64,000 nt of DNA from an uncultured Phycisphaerales bacterium (GCA_963772725.1 CAVYYI010000003.1:96001-160000), one strand, 5' to 3'; counted from the stretch's first letter, positions 45,254-56,791 are shown. Made by a program: numbers and translations. The notes: generated by a model not told the origin, from the letters alone.

Positions 45254-46613
45254 GAATACGCTCCTTTAATCCTGCCGGATTCGCTGAAGCCTTCATAGCT
45301 GCGCATAAGCAAATTAGCCTCAATTCTCTGAACAAGGTCCAGCGAAACACTGACGACAATCAACAATCCCGTTCCGCCAAGAAACGTCGCAACCTGCCAG
45401 TCAATTCCGAGCAGAATCGAAATAACCGTCGGCACAACCGCGATTATAGCCAGAAACGCCGCACCAAAATAAGTAATTCTCGTCATTACAGTCTCAAGAT
45501 ACTCAGCGGTCCTGTGACCGGGTCTCAAGCCGGGAATAAAACTGCCGGAATCACGCAGATTTTTCGCCATATCTTGGGCTGAAACTGAACCGTAACCCAG
45601 AAATATGCAAACAAAAATATCAATACCATATAAACAACATTATATGTATAAGCACGCTGGCCCAAACGCGTTTTCCAGCGATCAGCATAAAATCACGAAT
45701 TTTCCAGACCGGGAATATTTCTTAACCAGCGAACTATTACCGGCAGGAACATCATAAAGCTCGATGCAAAAATAATCGGCATCACACCGCCATGATTGAC
45801 ACGCAAGCGGCAGATAATGCCTTGCGCCGCCGTACATTCTTGGCCTCGCATCTGTTTGGCCTGCTGAATCGGTATGCGTCGCTGACCCTGAGTTATCAGA
45901 ATTGTACCTGCAACAACAAATACGGACGCCAAGACCAGAAATATCAGTTTACGCCGGCCCTATCGAGCCCGGCTGAGCCGTAACTGTCAGGTCAACATTT
46001 TCAAAAAGATTTTGAATCGCCCAGGGCATTCGGGCAATAATACCTGCCATAATTATCAAACTGATTCCATTACCGATACCATATTCATCTATCTGCTCGC
46101 CAAGCCACATCAAAAAAATCGTGCCGGCGGTCATACCGATAACGCCCATAATCATCGCCTGCATCTCCATGCCGGCATATATATACTGACTCACGAACAT
46201 CTTCAAATACACCACTGCCTGAATAACACATATAGGCACCGTCAGATAACGTGTATATTCCTGTAATTTTTTTATACCCGGTTTGCCCTTCCTGCCGCAA
46301 CTTTTTCAGCGAAGGAACAACTTCACCGAGCAGCATAAGAATAATCGAAGCGGTAATATAAGGCATAATACCCAGACCAAACAGACTGCTGTTGCTCGAG
46401 CGTTCCGCCGGTAAAAATCTGCATATATTCAGCCGCCCTTCCCAAGGGACTGCTCTGTATCGCTGTGCTTGCAGCCTCATTCATCTTGACTTCGTTAAAA
46501 CCGGGAATCGGGATATGAAAACCGACCCTATAGATTATCAGCATCATCACAGTAAAAAGAATTTTATTGCGAAGGTCAGGAATCTTAAATATGTTTGATA
46601 CTGTCCTAAACAT
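45250..46613 (-). CDS. secY: Preprotein translocase SecY (multiple frameshifts)
   Basis: [71 protein letters not shown]. Confidence 0.96.
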
Positions 46614-46665
46614 CCTTATTATTTCCCAATAAACCGGTAATTCGAATAATCATCTAAACAAGCCC

Positions 46666-47110
46666 TTATAATACTTTTGCCGTGCCGCCTGACGCGGTTA
46701 TTTTCTGCTCAGCGGCCTTGCTGAACTTATGAGCCGTTATTTCCAATTTCTTCGTCAGATCACCGCCGCCAAGAATCTTGACTTTGCTGCTTTCACTTTC
46801 AATCAGTCCGGCGCCTGACAACTGTTCCAGTCCGACTGATGCACCGTCTTCGAACCTCTCCAACTGCGACACATTAACAACCTCATAGCGTGCTGCGAAA
46901 CGTATAATTACTAAATCCGCGTTTCGGCAACCGCCTGAATAAAGGCATTTGTCCGCCTTCCCGCAGTGACATAAAAGTCGCGCCGCTTCTGCTGCCTGCA
47001 CCCTTATGTCCGCGGCCGCAGGTCTTGCCGTGGCCCGAACCGATACCTCTGCCAACTCGCTTGCGGGCCTTTTTTTTACCTGCTATAGAAGTTATTTCAT
47101 GATTCAACAT
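46666..47110 (-). CDS. rplO: 50S ribosomal protein L15 (frameshifted)
   Basis: [44 protein letters not shown]. Confidence 0.95.
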
Positions 47111-47641
47111 TTAAATATCACCACCTTTTTACCACTTCGATTTCAACACCGCGAAGAGATTCAATCATTTCCTTGGTTCTCAATTTCGACAAAGCTATAA
47201 TTGTTGCCTGAACAACATTCTTTGCCGAAGTACTTCCTATACTTTAGTAAGAACATCCTGAACACCTGCATATTCCAGCACCGCTCTTGCGCCTGGACCG
47301 GCGATAACGCCCGTTCCCGGACTGGCCGGCACAAGCATTATTTTCGTCGCTCCGAATCTGCCGATAACCTGATGAGGAATCGTTCGTCCGCACAGAATCA
47401 CTTTACGCAGATTCTTTCTTGGCGTCTTTTATACCTTTATCAACCGCCTGCGGAACTTCGTTTGCCTTTCCATAACCAATACCACTGTACCCTGCCCGGT
47501 CGCCAACAACAACCAATGCTGCAAAACTGAATCGCCTGCCGCCTTTGACGACCTTTGCACAACGATATATCTTTACCGTGGTATCTTCGAACGGTTTTCC
47601 TTCTTCCTGTCACACCTATATCTAACTGGTTCCGCTGCCAA
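47111..47641 (-). CDS. rpsE: 30S ribosomal protein S5 (frameshifted)
   Basis: [35 protein letters not shown]. Confidence 0.92.
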
Positions 47642-47671
47642 TTTTTTTCTCCAAACTTCGTTATTATTTCC

Positions 47672-48041
47672 TTAGAAAACCAAACCAGCTTTTCTTGCCG
47701 CGTCGGCAAGAGCTTTGACTCTGCCGTGAAATTTATACGTTCTCTGTCAAAACACACACACTTTATTCCCACACCCATGGCCTGCTTCGCCAATTGCCTC
47801 GCCAACTACTTCGGCAGCCTTTTTATTGCCGCTTGTTCTGCAACTTCTCATGCAGACTCTTCGCTAATGGTACTTGCTGAAACAAGAGTCGCTCCTGCGA
47901 CATCGTCTATAATCTGAGCGTAAATATGTCCTGTTCGAGCGAAATACCGACAGACGAGGTCTTTCCGGCGTGCCAAAAATTTCTTTCGCACATGATATTT
48001 ACGTCTTCTGACTGCTCTTTCTAATTCTTTCAACTTCTCAT
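47672..48041 (-). CDS. rplR: 50S ribosomal protein L18 (frameshifted)
   Basis: HIYAQIIDDVAGATLVSAST, VCFDR, FHGRVKALAD. Confidence 0.92.
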
Positions 48042-48055
48042 ATATCTAAATCCAA

Positions 48056-48640
48056 TTAACCGTTGCTGCCTGAAGCAAATGCTTTACCGACTTTACGTTT
48101 CACATGTTCATCAGCATAACGAATACCTTTGCCTTTATAAGGTTCCGGCGGCTCTGACTTTCGTATCTCAGAGGCAAACTGACCCAGCACACATTTATCT
48201 GTTCCGATAAGTCGTAAATTTCGCAGGCGTTTCATCTCCTCTGGTTGCCGGCACATCTATTTTCACCTTTACACCCTTCGGTACAGGTATCTCCATCGGA
48301 TTGCAATAACCAACCTGCAAACTAGTTTACCGCCCTGCTCTTTAACATTGAAACCGGTGCCATATATTTCCATCTTCTGCTCGAATCCTTTGGTAACACC
48401 AGTAACCATATTGGCTATCAACGCTCGCGTCGTCCCGCAAATGGCGCTGTCCTGGAACCTGCCGGTCTTCGCTTTCGATTGCTATTTTGCCCGCCGCGCT
48501 ATCCACCTTAACTTTCATCCGGGATGACACTATATCTCTACACTGCCCAGCGGGCCCTGTAACTTTAACTGTCAGGTCTTTTTGCTCGACCTTGACGCCC
48601 TTGAAGGAACAATTATTGGTTTTTTTCCTATACGACTCAA
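48056..48640 (-). CDS. rplF: 50S ribosomal protein L6 (frameshifted)
   Basis: SRIGKK start, [26 protein letters not shown]. Confidence 0.93.
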
Positions 48641-49043
48641 TTAGCTCACCGTACAAAGTATTTCGCCGCCTATATTCATCTTGCGGCACTCTTTATCACT
48701 CATTACTCCTTTGCTCGTCGAAACTATCGACGATACCCATTCCGCCCAAAACATCGCGGTAAATCATCACACTGACGAATAAATCCGTCTGCCGGGTTTG
48801 CTTATCCTGCTTTATCTCGCTGAATACTGGATTACCCTCTGCGTCATATTTCAATGTAATCTTCAAAATTCCCTGTTTGCCGTCTTCAATCCTGTCAAAA
48901 TCCTCTATATAACCTTCCTGTTTAAGAACGGCCGCTATCGCATGACAAATCTTCGATGCCTTAATATCTACCTGTTTGCTCCTTATTCGCAGCCATTCCG
49001 AATCTCTTGTCAGCATATCAGCTATTGGATCACTCAAACTCAT
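48641..49043 (-). CDS. rpsH: 30S ribosomal protein S8 (frameshifted)
   Basis: [28 protein letters not shown]. Confidence 0.93.
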
Positions 49044-49089
49044 AATTTACACTCCAAATTCAGTCCTTCAGGACTCGCTATTCTCTGTC

Positions 49090-49274
49090 TTACCAACTGG
49101 CCTTTTTAACTCCTGGTATTTTCCCTTCGTTGGCTAACGTTCTAAAGCAAATTCGGCAAATCTTAAACTTGCGATACACAGCTCTGGACCTCCCGCAAAG
49201 CTCACATCGCGTATAACCTCTGACACGAAACTTCGGTTTCCTTTTTGCTTTATTTCTAGTGCTTTAGTTGACAT
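49090..49274 (-). CDS. rpsN: 30S ribosomal protein S14, Zn-binding type (one indel)
   Basis: [33 protein letters not shown]...IPGVKKASW. Confidence 0.95.
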
Positions 49275-49336
49275 CCATTAGCTCCAAATCGCTATTATCA
49301 AAATCACTTAATATTATTCACTTCGTCGCCAATGTC

Positions 49337-49870
49337 TTAAACGGCATACCAAACAAAGCCAGCATACTGTCTTGCCTCTTCATTACTCTTCGCCGTCGTA
49401 ACAAACGTTATATTCATTCCCTGTTGAAACTCAATCTTGACAGGGTCAATTTCCGGGAAAACGCTCTGTTCGCTCAATCCCATCGAATAATTGCCTCTGC
49501 CGTCAAAACTGTCAGGATTAAGCCCACGAAAATCTCTCACTCGCGGTATCGCAAGACTGATCAGCCTGTCCATAAACTCATACATCCTGCTGCCCCGCAT
49601 CGTAACCTTCAAACCCGTCTTTTCGCCCTCACGAACCTTGAAGTTAGAAACGCTCTTTTTGGCCATTGCACACAAGCGGCATCTGACCAGTAATCATTGT
49701 CAGATCCTTTTTAGCCAGCTCCATAAACTTCTTATCCTGAACGCTTTACCAACACCCATCGAAACAACTATCTTCTCAATTCGCGGCACCGCCATAGGGT
49801 TCTTATATCCGAACTCTTTGACCAGTTCCGGAACTACTTTTGATTTATATAAATCTTTTAAACGTGCCAT
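49337..49870 (-). CDS. rplE: 50S ribosomal protein L5 (frameshifted)
   Basis: [47 protein letters not shown]. Confidence 0.95.
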
Positions 49871-49897
49871 TTTCTATCTCGTATTTTTATATTCTCT

Positions 49898-50240
49898 TTA
49901 AGCCTTTCTTAGCTTTTCTTATAATTCCAATTCAGTGCCGTCAGCGGCAATCCGCTTTTTTGCTCCCGTCTTCACTTACCTCAAAACGAATCCTGCGTGC
50001 CTTTCGAGGTCTTCGGATTCACCGGCAGAACATTGCTTATATGTATCGGCTTTTCAATACTGATCCGCCCGCCCTGAAGGATTTTTGCGCGAGGGCGTAA
50101 CATGCTTTTTAACCATATTATGACCCTGAACTATTACCTTGTTCTTGTCAGGCAACACACGAAGAACCTTGCCCGTTGCGCCTTTATGGTCGCCGGCATA
50201 TAATTTCAACCATATCACCTTTTTTAATATGCATGCTCAT
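49898..50240 (-). CDS. rplX: 50S ribosomal protein L24 (frameshifted)
   Basis: HIKKGDMVEI..GDHKGATGKVLRV KOW motif, GGSVLK/PIHISNV region. Confidence 0.9.
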
Positions 50241-50295
50241 TCTTAATTGCTCACGTTTCCGTATAACACAGCAACTCAAATCTATCGTAAATATT

Positions 50296-50689
50296 TCAGA
50301 CCACTTCGCTTGCCAGCGAAATAATCTTCATATAGTTCTTTTCACGAAGTTCACGGGCAACCGCGCCGAAAATTCTCGTTCCTACCGGGTTGCCTTCGGC
50401 GTCAATCATAACCGCCGCGTTTTTATCAAATCTCACATAACTTCCATCAGCACGTTTTATAGGATGGTTCGTACGAACAATAACACACTTATGAACCTTT
50501 TTATCGTCCAAGCTGACAGGTCGGCAAAGATTTCTTTATCGCCACGCACAATAACATCGCCAACCGCAGCTGTAGCCCTGCTGTAAACTTGCCTCTTCTG
50601 GCTCCGCTTTTGCCCAAAACTCTGATGCATTGTGCCGTCTTGACGCCGGAGTTATCGGCTATATCCACCATTGTTTCCTGTTGTATCAC
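50296..50689 (-). CDS. rplN: 50S ribosomal protein L14 (frameshifted)
   Basis: [43 protein letters not shown]. Confidence 0.96.
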
Positions 50690-50728
50690 TTTCGATATAC
50701 CTCTTAATTCTGAATCAACGTATCTATC

Positions 50729-50992
50729 TTATTCCTGAGCCGCCTTCACTACAACCTTCACAAGACGCCAATTTTTGGTTTTGCTGTAAGGCCTGCCTTC
50801 GGCAACTTCCACAACATCACCAACACCGGCCTGATTATTCTCATCGTGAACATACAAAACGGTTCTGCGCTTAAGAATTTTCCCATACTTAGGATGCTTC
50901 GTCTTGAATTCATAGGCAACCTTGATACTCTTATTGCCGCTCTTACTTATCACTACGGCTGTTATCGTTTTTACTTTTTTTTCCTGCATCAT
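50729..50992 (-). CDS. rpsQ: 30S ribosomal protein S17
   Basis: HPKYGK, HDENNQAGVGDVVEV, RPYSKTKNWRL. Confidence 0.96.
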   Translation of the reverse strand: MMQEKKVKTITAVVISKSGNKSIKVAYEFKTKHPKYGKILKRRTVLYVHDENNQAGVGDVVEVAEGRPYSKTKNWRLVKVVVKAAQE

Positions 50993-50993
50993 T

Positions 50994-51211
50994 CTATTCC
51001 CAACGTAATATTCTCGTTATTTTCTTGTTCTGGCGTACGTATACCGTCTTTATTCTCGCGATGTCACGCTTTGACATTAATTATAGATTTAGAATTCTCC
51101 AGTTTTTCGGTTACTGCCTGAGAACGTAAATCAAACAAATGCCTCTTCAATCTCTTCGAGCTTATTCTCAAGCTCATCGTGACTCATCTCGCGATAATGT
51201 TGTGCTTTCAT
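50994..51211 (-). CDS. rpmC: 50S ribosomal protein L29 (frameshifted)
   Basis: MKAQHYREMS...HLFDLRSQAVTEKLEN; position between rplP and rpsQ. Confidence 0.88.
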
Positions 51212-51222
51212 CGGCATTTCCT

Positions 51223-51644
51223 TACTATAGTGAATGTCTTCGCTTTACAAATCTGCATTTAATCGGCATCTTATGGACACACGCACCAGCGCCTGCTTTG
51301 CAACGTCTTCAGTCACGCCGCCGACCTCGAACATAACCGTGCCTGGTCTGACTCTCGCCACCCAGAACGCTGGCTCACCTTTACCTTTACCCATTCGGGT
51401 TTCCAGCGGCTTTGCGCTGACGGGCTTATAAGGGAAAACCCTGACATAAACCTTGCCTTCACGATGCAATAATGGGTCGCTGCAACTCGACCGGCCTCAA
51501 TCTGTTTGGCCGTCCACCCAATCCATCTCTAAAGACTGCAAACCATATTCGCCAAACGCAACATAATTGCCCTCGCGAAGCGTTGCCTTTCATCTTGCCG
51601 CGCTGGCTTTTACGGTACTTAACTCTTTTTGGCATCATCGCCAT
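51223..51644 (-). CDS. rplP: 50S ribosomal protein L16 (frameshifted)
   Basis: [36 protein letters not shown]. Confidence 0.95.
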
Positions 51645-51667
51645 TATTTTAACCCTTACACCTATCT

Positions 51668-52512
51668 CTAACTAAGCATCTTATTAATACTATTTTTAAC
51701 TCTCAACTGGGTTATCTTGAGGACCGGCTCCATTTTGTTCAGGACGACTGGATGCTGCTGGACCTCCGCGACGGCGACCACGGGAAGAGTCACCTTCTGA
51801 CCTTTCATCGCCCCACGGTCTGGAACCGCGTCTCTGAGAGGACCACCGCGATAACCCTGCTTCGGTTCAATAACCTCACCGAACTTGCCTTTGTAAATCC
51901 ACACTTTGATACCAATCGCTCCGTATGTCGTCCTCGCTGTAGCCCTGGCATAATCTACATTGGCATCAAGCGTATGAAGCGGAATACTTCCTGTCTTTTG
52001 TGCTTCACTGCGGGCTATTTCGGCTCCACCCAGGCGGCCGCTGCAGATAATCTTTACTCCCTTGGCGCCCGCGTTCATCGCCTTTTCGCAAGCTGCTTCA
52101 TCGACCGCCTGAAAGATGCTCGCTTGCAAAGCTGCTCTGCTATCTCTTCGCCCACCAGCTTGGCGTTCAAATCAGGCTCTTTTATCTCAATAACATTAAC
52201 ATTCACCTTTCGGCCGGTCAGGGCTTCAATCTCTTCACGAAGCTTATCCACTTCACCGCCTCTGGCGCCGATAATTATACCAGGCCTGCCGCTATACAGC
52301 GTTACTTTAACTTCATTACGCGTGCGAACTACTTCCGTCTTGGCCACAGCTCCTCGCGGCATCTGGCGGTTATATTTCTTATCGACAAATTCACGTATTT
52401 TCTGGTCTTCGACGAGAAAATCTCCATAGTTTGCCTTCGGTGCAAACCACGTGCTTTGCCACTCAAGTGTTATTCCAGTCCTAAATCCTATTGGCGATAC
52501 TTTTTGACCCAT
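51668..52512 (-). CDS. rpsC: 30S ribosomal protein S3 (frameshifted)
   Basis: [53 protein letters not shown]. Confidence 0.96.
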
Positions 52513-52551
52513 AATTACTTTTGCCTTTTTACCGTTTTGAGCCTTTACTTA

Positions 52552-53102
52552 TTATGACTGCGTTACGGTTACTGATATATGACAAGCTCTTTTCCTGATG
52601 GCATGAGCCTTGCCTCTGTCTTTGGCTATCCATCTCTTGGTTCCTATACGAACACCGCCTTCATCGGCACGTGCATCACACACATACAATTTGTCAACAT
52701 CAGCCTGCTGCTCATCCGCATCGGCAACCGCACTTTTAAGAACCTTATCAATCATCGACGCCGCACGTTTTCTTGTAAACTTCAGAATATCCATTGCTTC
52801 CTGAACATTACGACCTGCTATCAACTGCGTAACAAGCCTGGCCTTTCTTGATGAACCAGGTGCATAACGATACGATGAACGCCAACTCACTAAATCGTTC
52901 ACTTCCGCAGACAATGCCGTAGCCAAATGTTCAAGTCTTCTTTCGACGGTGTAGGACTAAACAGCCCTTTCTGCCAGTTCTTAATCGCTGTTATCGCCTG
53001 CTTTTTGACGAGACCGCCTCGGACAAGCTGGCTTGCCAACTGCTCTGAACTAACCTTACGTGCTTTACGAAGCTTATTTAATTTATTTGCATTTAGCATC
53101 AT
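52552..53102 (-). CDS. rplV: 50S ribosomal protein L22 with apparent N-terminal XRE-like HTH domain (one indel near 52935)
   Basis: L22 core SSRKARLVTQLIAG...KVLKSAVADA...KDRGKAHAIRKRACHISV, preceded by ~75 aa HTH-like segment. Confidence 0.9.
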
Positions 53103-53145
53103 ATTCTATATCTCAATTTTCTTATCGACGCTGCCCTCGGCGATT

Positions 53146-53409
53146 TTACTTATTTCCAGAGTGTCCTCTGAACGTACGTGTCAGTGAAAACTCGCCAAGT
53201 TTATGTCCAACCATATCTTCTGTTACAAAAACCTTATTGAAAACTTTTCCGTTATGCACGAGAAACGTATAACCCACAAACTCTGGAATTATCGTACACC
53301 TTCTTGCCCATGTCTTTATGGGTTCATGAGAGCCGGAAGCACTCTGTTTACCTACTTTCGCAAACAGCTTTGCATCTACAAACGGCCCTTTTTTTAGCGA
53401 TCTTCCCAT
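53146..53409 (-). CDS. rpsS: 30S ribosomal protein S19
   Basis: [33 protein letters not shown]. Confidence 0.98.
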   Translation of the reverse strand: MGRSLKKGPFVDAKLFAKVGKQSASGSHEPIKTWARRCTIIPEFVGYTFLVHNGKVFNKVFVTEDMVGHKLGEFSLTRTFRGHSGNK

Positions 53410-53458
53410 TAAACTGCCTCTATCCTTAACATAATTCCCGTCATTGCGGGTTCATCAG

Positions 53459-54310
53459 TTATAGTACCAACTGTCCATGAGCTGTACTTTTGCGTCTCCG
53501 AATAATTCTCTTATTGCTTATCTTTCGCGGATTTCTTGTCTTGCCGCCCTTGGCCAATACGCCAGTAGGTGAGCATGGATGACGTCCACCGTTCGACCTG
53601 CCTTCGCCGCCGCCCAGTGGATGGTCAACAGGGTTCATAGCCTTACCTCTGACATGAGGTCTGCGGCCTGTGTGCCTGGTCCGGCCTGCTTTTCCAATTG
53701 TAACATTTTGATAATCTAAATTGCCCAATTTGCCGATTGTCGCCCTGCATTCTTTCCTAACCATTCGCATCTCGCCGCTCGGCAGAATAACTGTTACCCA
53801 GTCGCCTTCTTTGGCAGCTATCTTCGCGGCACCGCCGGCACCTCTAACAAGCTTGCCGCCCTGGCCGGCAGTCATTTCAATATTATGAACCTCAAGACCC
53901 GCCGGAATTGCTCCAAGCGGCATCGCATTACCAACTTTCGGCTCGCAAAGCTGTCCGCTTTCAATCTTATCGCCAACATTTATGCCAAGAGGCGACAATA
54001 TATAACTTTTTTCGCCGTCTGCATAATTCACAAGCGATATATAGCAATTCCTGTTAGGATCATATTCCACAGTCGCGATATAGCCAAATACGCCGTCTTT
54101 ATCACGTTTAAAATCAATAACTCGATAAATCTTTCGTGCACCGCCACCGCGAAACCGCGAAGTTGTACATCCGCCATGATTTCTGCCGCCGCTCTTTTTT
54201 ATCCGAACACACAAAGACTTTTCGGGAACTGTCGCGGTAATCTCGGCATAATCATTCACCGAAGCATTTCGCCGTCCCGCACTTGTTGGTCTATAAATTC
54301 TAATACCCAT
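53459..54310 (-). CDS. rplB: 50S ribosomal protein L2
   Basis: EYDPNR, GKAGR, RGKAMNPVDHPLGGGEG. Confidence 0.98.
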   Translation of the reverse strand: MGIRIYRPTSAGRRNASVNDYAEITATVPEKSLCVRIKKSGGRNHGGCTTSRFRGGGARKIYRVIDFKRDKDGVFGYIATVEYDPNRNCYISLVNYADGEKSYILSPLGINVGDKIESGQLCEPKVGNAMPLGAIPAGLEVHNIEMTAGQGGKLVRGAGGAAKIAAKEGDWVTVILPSGEMRMVRKECRATIGKLGNLDYQNVTIGKAGRTRHTGRRPHVRGKAMNPVDHPLGGGEGRSNGGRHPCSPTGVLAKGGKTRNPRKISNKRIIRRRKSTAHGQLVL

Positions 54311-54322
54311 AATTACCGCCTT

Positions 54323-54601
54323 TTAGAACAAATCTATATGATATTCCGGCTTCAAATATACAACCGCCTTTTTCCAGCTTGACGTTACACCGACGGTACT
54401 GCCCCTTCGGCTATACTTGCCTTTTCGATTAGCGGTTCTTACCTTGTCAACTTTTACGTTATATATCTTTTCAATAGCCTGTTTTACTTCAGCCTTGTTA
54501 GCGTGCTTGTCAACCTGAAAAGAGTACGCGCCTTTCACGTTCGCAAGATGCGTTCCCTGTTCTGTTATCAATGGCTGAATTATTACGTTATAATTATCCA
54601 C
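54323..54601 (-). CDS. rplW: 50S ribosomal protein L23
   Basis: PLITE, ANKAEVKQAIEKIYNVKV, WKKAVV. Confidence 0.96.
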   Translation of the reverse strand: MDNYNVIIQPLITEQGTHLANVKGAYSFQVDKHANKAEVKQAIEKIYNVKVDKVRTANRKGKYSRRGSTVGVTSSWKKAVVYLKPEYHIDLF

Positions 54602-54613
54602 TACTGTTACCCG

Positions 54614-55258
54614 TTAATTATTTTCTGATTTATCTTTATTTAAAAACGATAAAAACGCTTCTTTCGTGAACAATATCTTGCTGCGGCTGCAGATGTCACC
54701 GGCGTTTAAATCCGCAACAGGCATTATTGCGACTTTCGCGATATTTCTCGCCGAACGATAAACATTCTCATCATAATTGTTTGTTGTTATAAGACAACTT
54801 CTCTCTATTTTCAAATTCGCAAGTACACCCGCAAAATCCTTTGTTTTAGGCTTTTCAAAATTCAACTCGTCAACCACAACAAGATTATTAGTTAACAGCT
54901 TGGCCAAAACCGCTGAATCGCGGGCCAGTTTTTTCTCTTTCTTCGGCATACTCCTGCCGAAATCTCTGGCGACCTTATTGAACGTTACGCCGCCGCCGAC
55001 GCGCTTGGCGGTTCTGAGATTACCAACGCGGGCATTACCTGTGCCCTTTTGTTTGAACAGTTTACGCGTCGAGCCTTCTATCATACTTCTGTCTTTGGTC
55101 GCGGCCGTACCAACATGCTTGTTAGCATGATACATAACTATCGCCCGCTTGAGCAGCGAATATCGAACATGCCCGCCAAGAGACGACTCATCCACCTTCA
55201 GGGTGTCAACCTCTTTGCCTTGTCTATTATAAACAGCCAGATTTATCATTTTAAACAT
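54614..55258 (-). CDS. rplD: 50S ribosomal protein L4
   Basis: GTAATKDRS, KQKGTGNARVG, GGGVTF, SARNI. Confidence 0.97.
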   Translation of the reverse strand: MFKMINLAVYNRQGKEVDTLKVDESSLGGHVRYSLLKRAIVMYHANKHVGTAATKDRSMIEGSTRKLFKQKGTGNARVGNLRTAKRVGGGVTFNKVARDFGRSMPKKEKKLARDSAVLAKLLTNNLVVVDELNFEKPKTKDFAGVLANLKIERSCLITTNNYDENVYRSARNIAKVAIMPVADLNAGDICSRSKILFTKEAFLSFLNKDKSENN

Positions 55259-55279
55259 CCCGTTATATAATCACTTCAA

Positions 55280-55927
55280 CTAAGCCTTCTGAGAATTGCG
55301 TATTATTACATAGCCGCCGGAAGGCCCAGGTACTGCTCCTTTTATTACCAGCAGATTCTTTTCCTGGTCTATCGAAACAACTTTATGCGTTTTTATAGTA
55401 ACACGATGACCGCCCATACGACCAGCCATCCTTTTACCTTTCTTAATATTTCCACCATGACCACGGTCCGTACCGTGACCTGACTGCGAACCCGGCGCCC
55501 TGTGTTTTCTTTCAGTTCCGTGAGATGCCGGAAAACCGCCGAAACCATGACGTTTCATTACGCCAGCATACCCTTTGCCTTTGCTGGTACCTATTACATC
55601 GACAACCTTTGTGTCAGCAAAAGTATTAACCGTTACTGAGTCACCGGCTTTATATTCCATCTTTGCGTCAACAGGCAACCGCATTTCTTTGACAAATCTC
55701 TTTGGTACCGTGTTCGCCTTTTCCGCATGTTTGACGGCAGCCTTGATTCTTCGGGACGGCTTGACATCATCGTAGCCCAACTGAATGGCATTGTAACCAT
55801 CCGAATCAATCGTTTTCACCTGCATTATCGCACAAGGGCCTGCCTGTATAACTGTAACAGGCAACAGATTACCTGCCTCGTCATATACCTGAGTCATCCC
55901 AACTTTTTTTCCCAGCAGCATTACCAT
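55280..55927 (-). CDS. rplC: 50S ribosomal protein L3
   Basis: LLGKKVGMTQ, DGYNAIQLG, SKGKGYAGVMKRHGF, KGAVPG. Confidence 0.98.
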   Translation of the reverse strand: MVMLLGKKVGMTQVYDEAGNLLPVTVIQAGPCAIMQVKTIDSDGYNAIQLGYDDVKPSRRIKAAVKHAEKANTVPKRFVKEMRLPVDAKMEYKAGDSVTVNTFADTKVVDVIGTSKGKGYAGVMKRHGFGGFPASHGTERKHRAPGSQSGHGTDRGHGGNIKKGKRMAGRMGGHRVTIKTHKVVSIDQEKNLLVIKGAVPGPSGGYVIIRNSQKA

Positions 55928-55989
55928 TATCTCGTTTTCCTGTTTTCTTCTCGCCTTATACTGGCGTCTTCCTTTTTTAACTGTTTTTA

Positions 55990-56304
55990 TTAAGCCTTAA
56001 TTTTTACAAATACTCCAGCGGGAACCACCAAACGATTCAATACTTCCACCGTCCGTGCGTTAGCCTCATAAATATCAATCAGCCGTTTATGTGTCCGCAG
56101 TTCAAATTGCTCGCGAGATTTCTTGTCAACGTGCGGACTTCGCAATACCGTGTATCTTTCAATACGGGTAGGCAGCGGAACTGGACCGCTGACCCGGGCG
56201 TTGGTTCTCCTGGCGTGTTCTACTATCTCTTTAGCAGATGAATCAAGAGCCTTATGGTCATAAGCTTCCATCCTGATTCTGATTCTTTCGCTTTCAGCTG
56301 CCAT
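55990..56304 (-). CDS. rpsJ: 30S ribosomal protein S10
   Basis: [40 protein letters not shown]. Confidence 0.98.
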   Translation of the reverse strand: MAAESERIRIRMEAYDHKALDSSAKEIVEHARRTNARVSGPVPLPTRIERYTVLRSPHVDKKSREQFELRTHKRLIDIYEANARTVEVLNRLVVPAGVFVKIKA

Positions 56305-56714
56305 AACTTTCCTTTACCATTAGCACAAAACCGCTTTTTTTTCGTTTTATGCCCTATAAAATCACAGCGTATTCTTCTAAAACAACCTATTAAACACATC
56401 ACAAGGCTATAACACCACAATTAGCGTATCGAAAATCACCGTTCACTAACTTAGCCTTGCTCGATTTTGGCAGGAAAGACATTATTTATTGATTGCCCTA
56501 AACTTCAAAAACCTCTATTAGCAATCAACCTTTCGTCTTCCTTAAATTTGGTGTCGGGCTCATCTTTGCCCTCAAAACCACTTTTCAGGCTTCGACAAAA
56601 CCCTTAAAGCCTTACCAAACCATCCTTGGCAACATTAATACCGATATGCCACAGCCCAACTATTTTTATCGCAAAGTCGTCCCTGACAGTGCTCGCTACG
56701 GCTGAAAAACTACT

Positions 56715-56743
56715 CTTGTACCACTAAAGTTTATATATGTCAA
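56715..56743 (-). promoter_or_regulatory. Putative sigma70 promoter of the S10 operon
   Basis: Minus strand TTGACA-17 nt-TACAAG with TG extended -10 and an AT-rich UP-like tract upstream. Confidence 0.6.
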
Positions 56744-56791
56744 AAAAAAATTGTTAAAATTTTTAAAAAATTTGCAAAAAAATCAATTTTT

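Noticed and set aside
47100..47130. Absence of rpmD (L30) between rpsE and rplO, and of tuf after fusA
   Set aside because: To my knowledge these are ordinary for Planctomycetota; used only as taxonomic hints.
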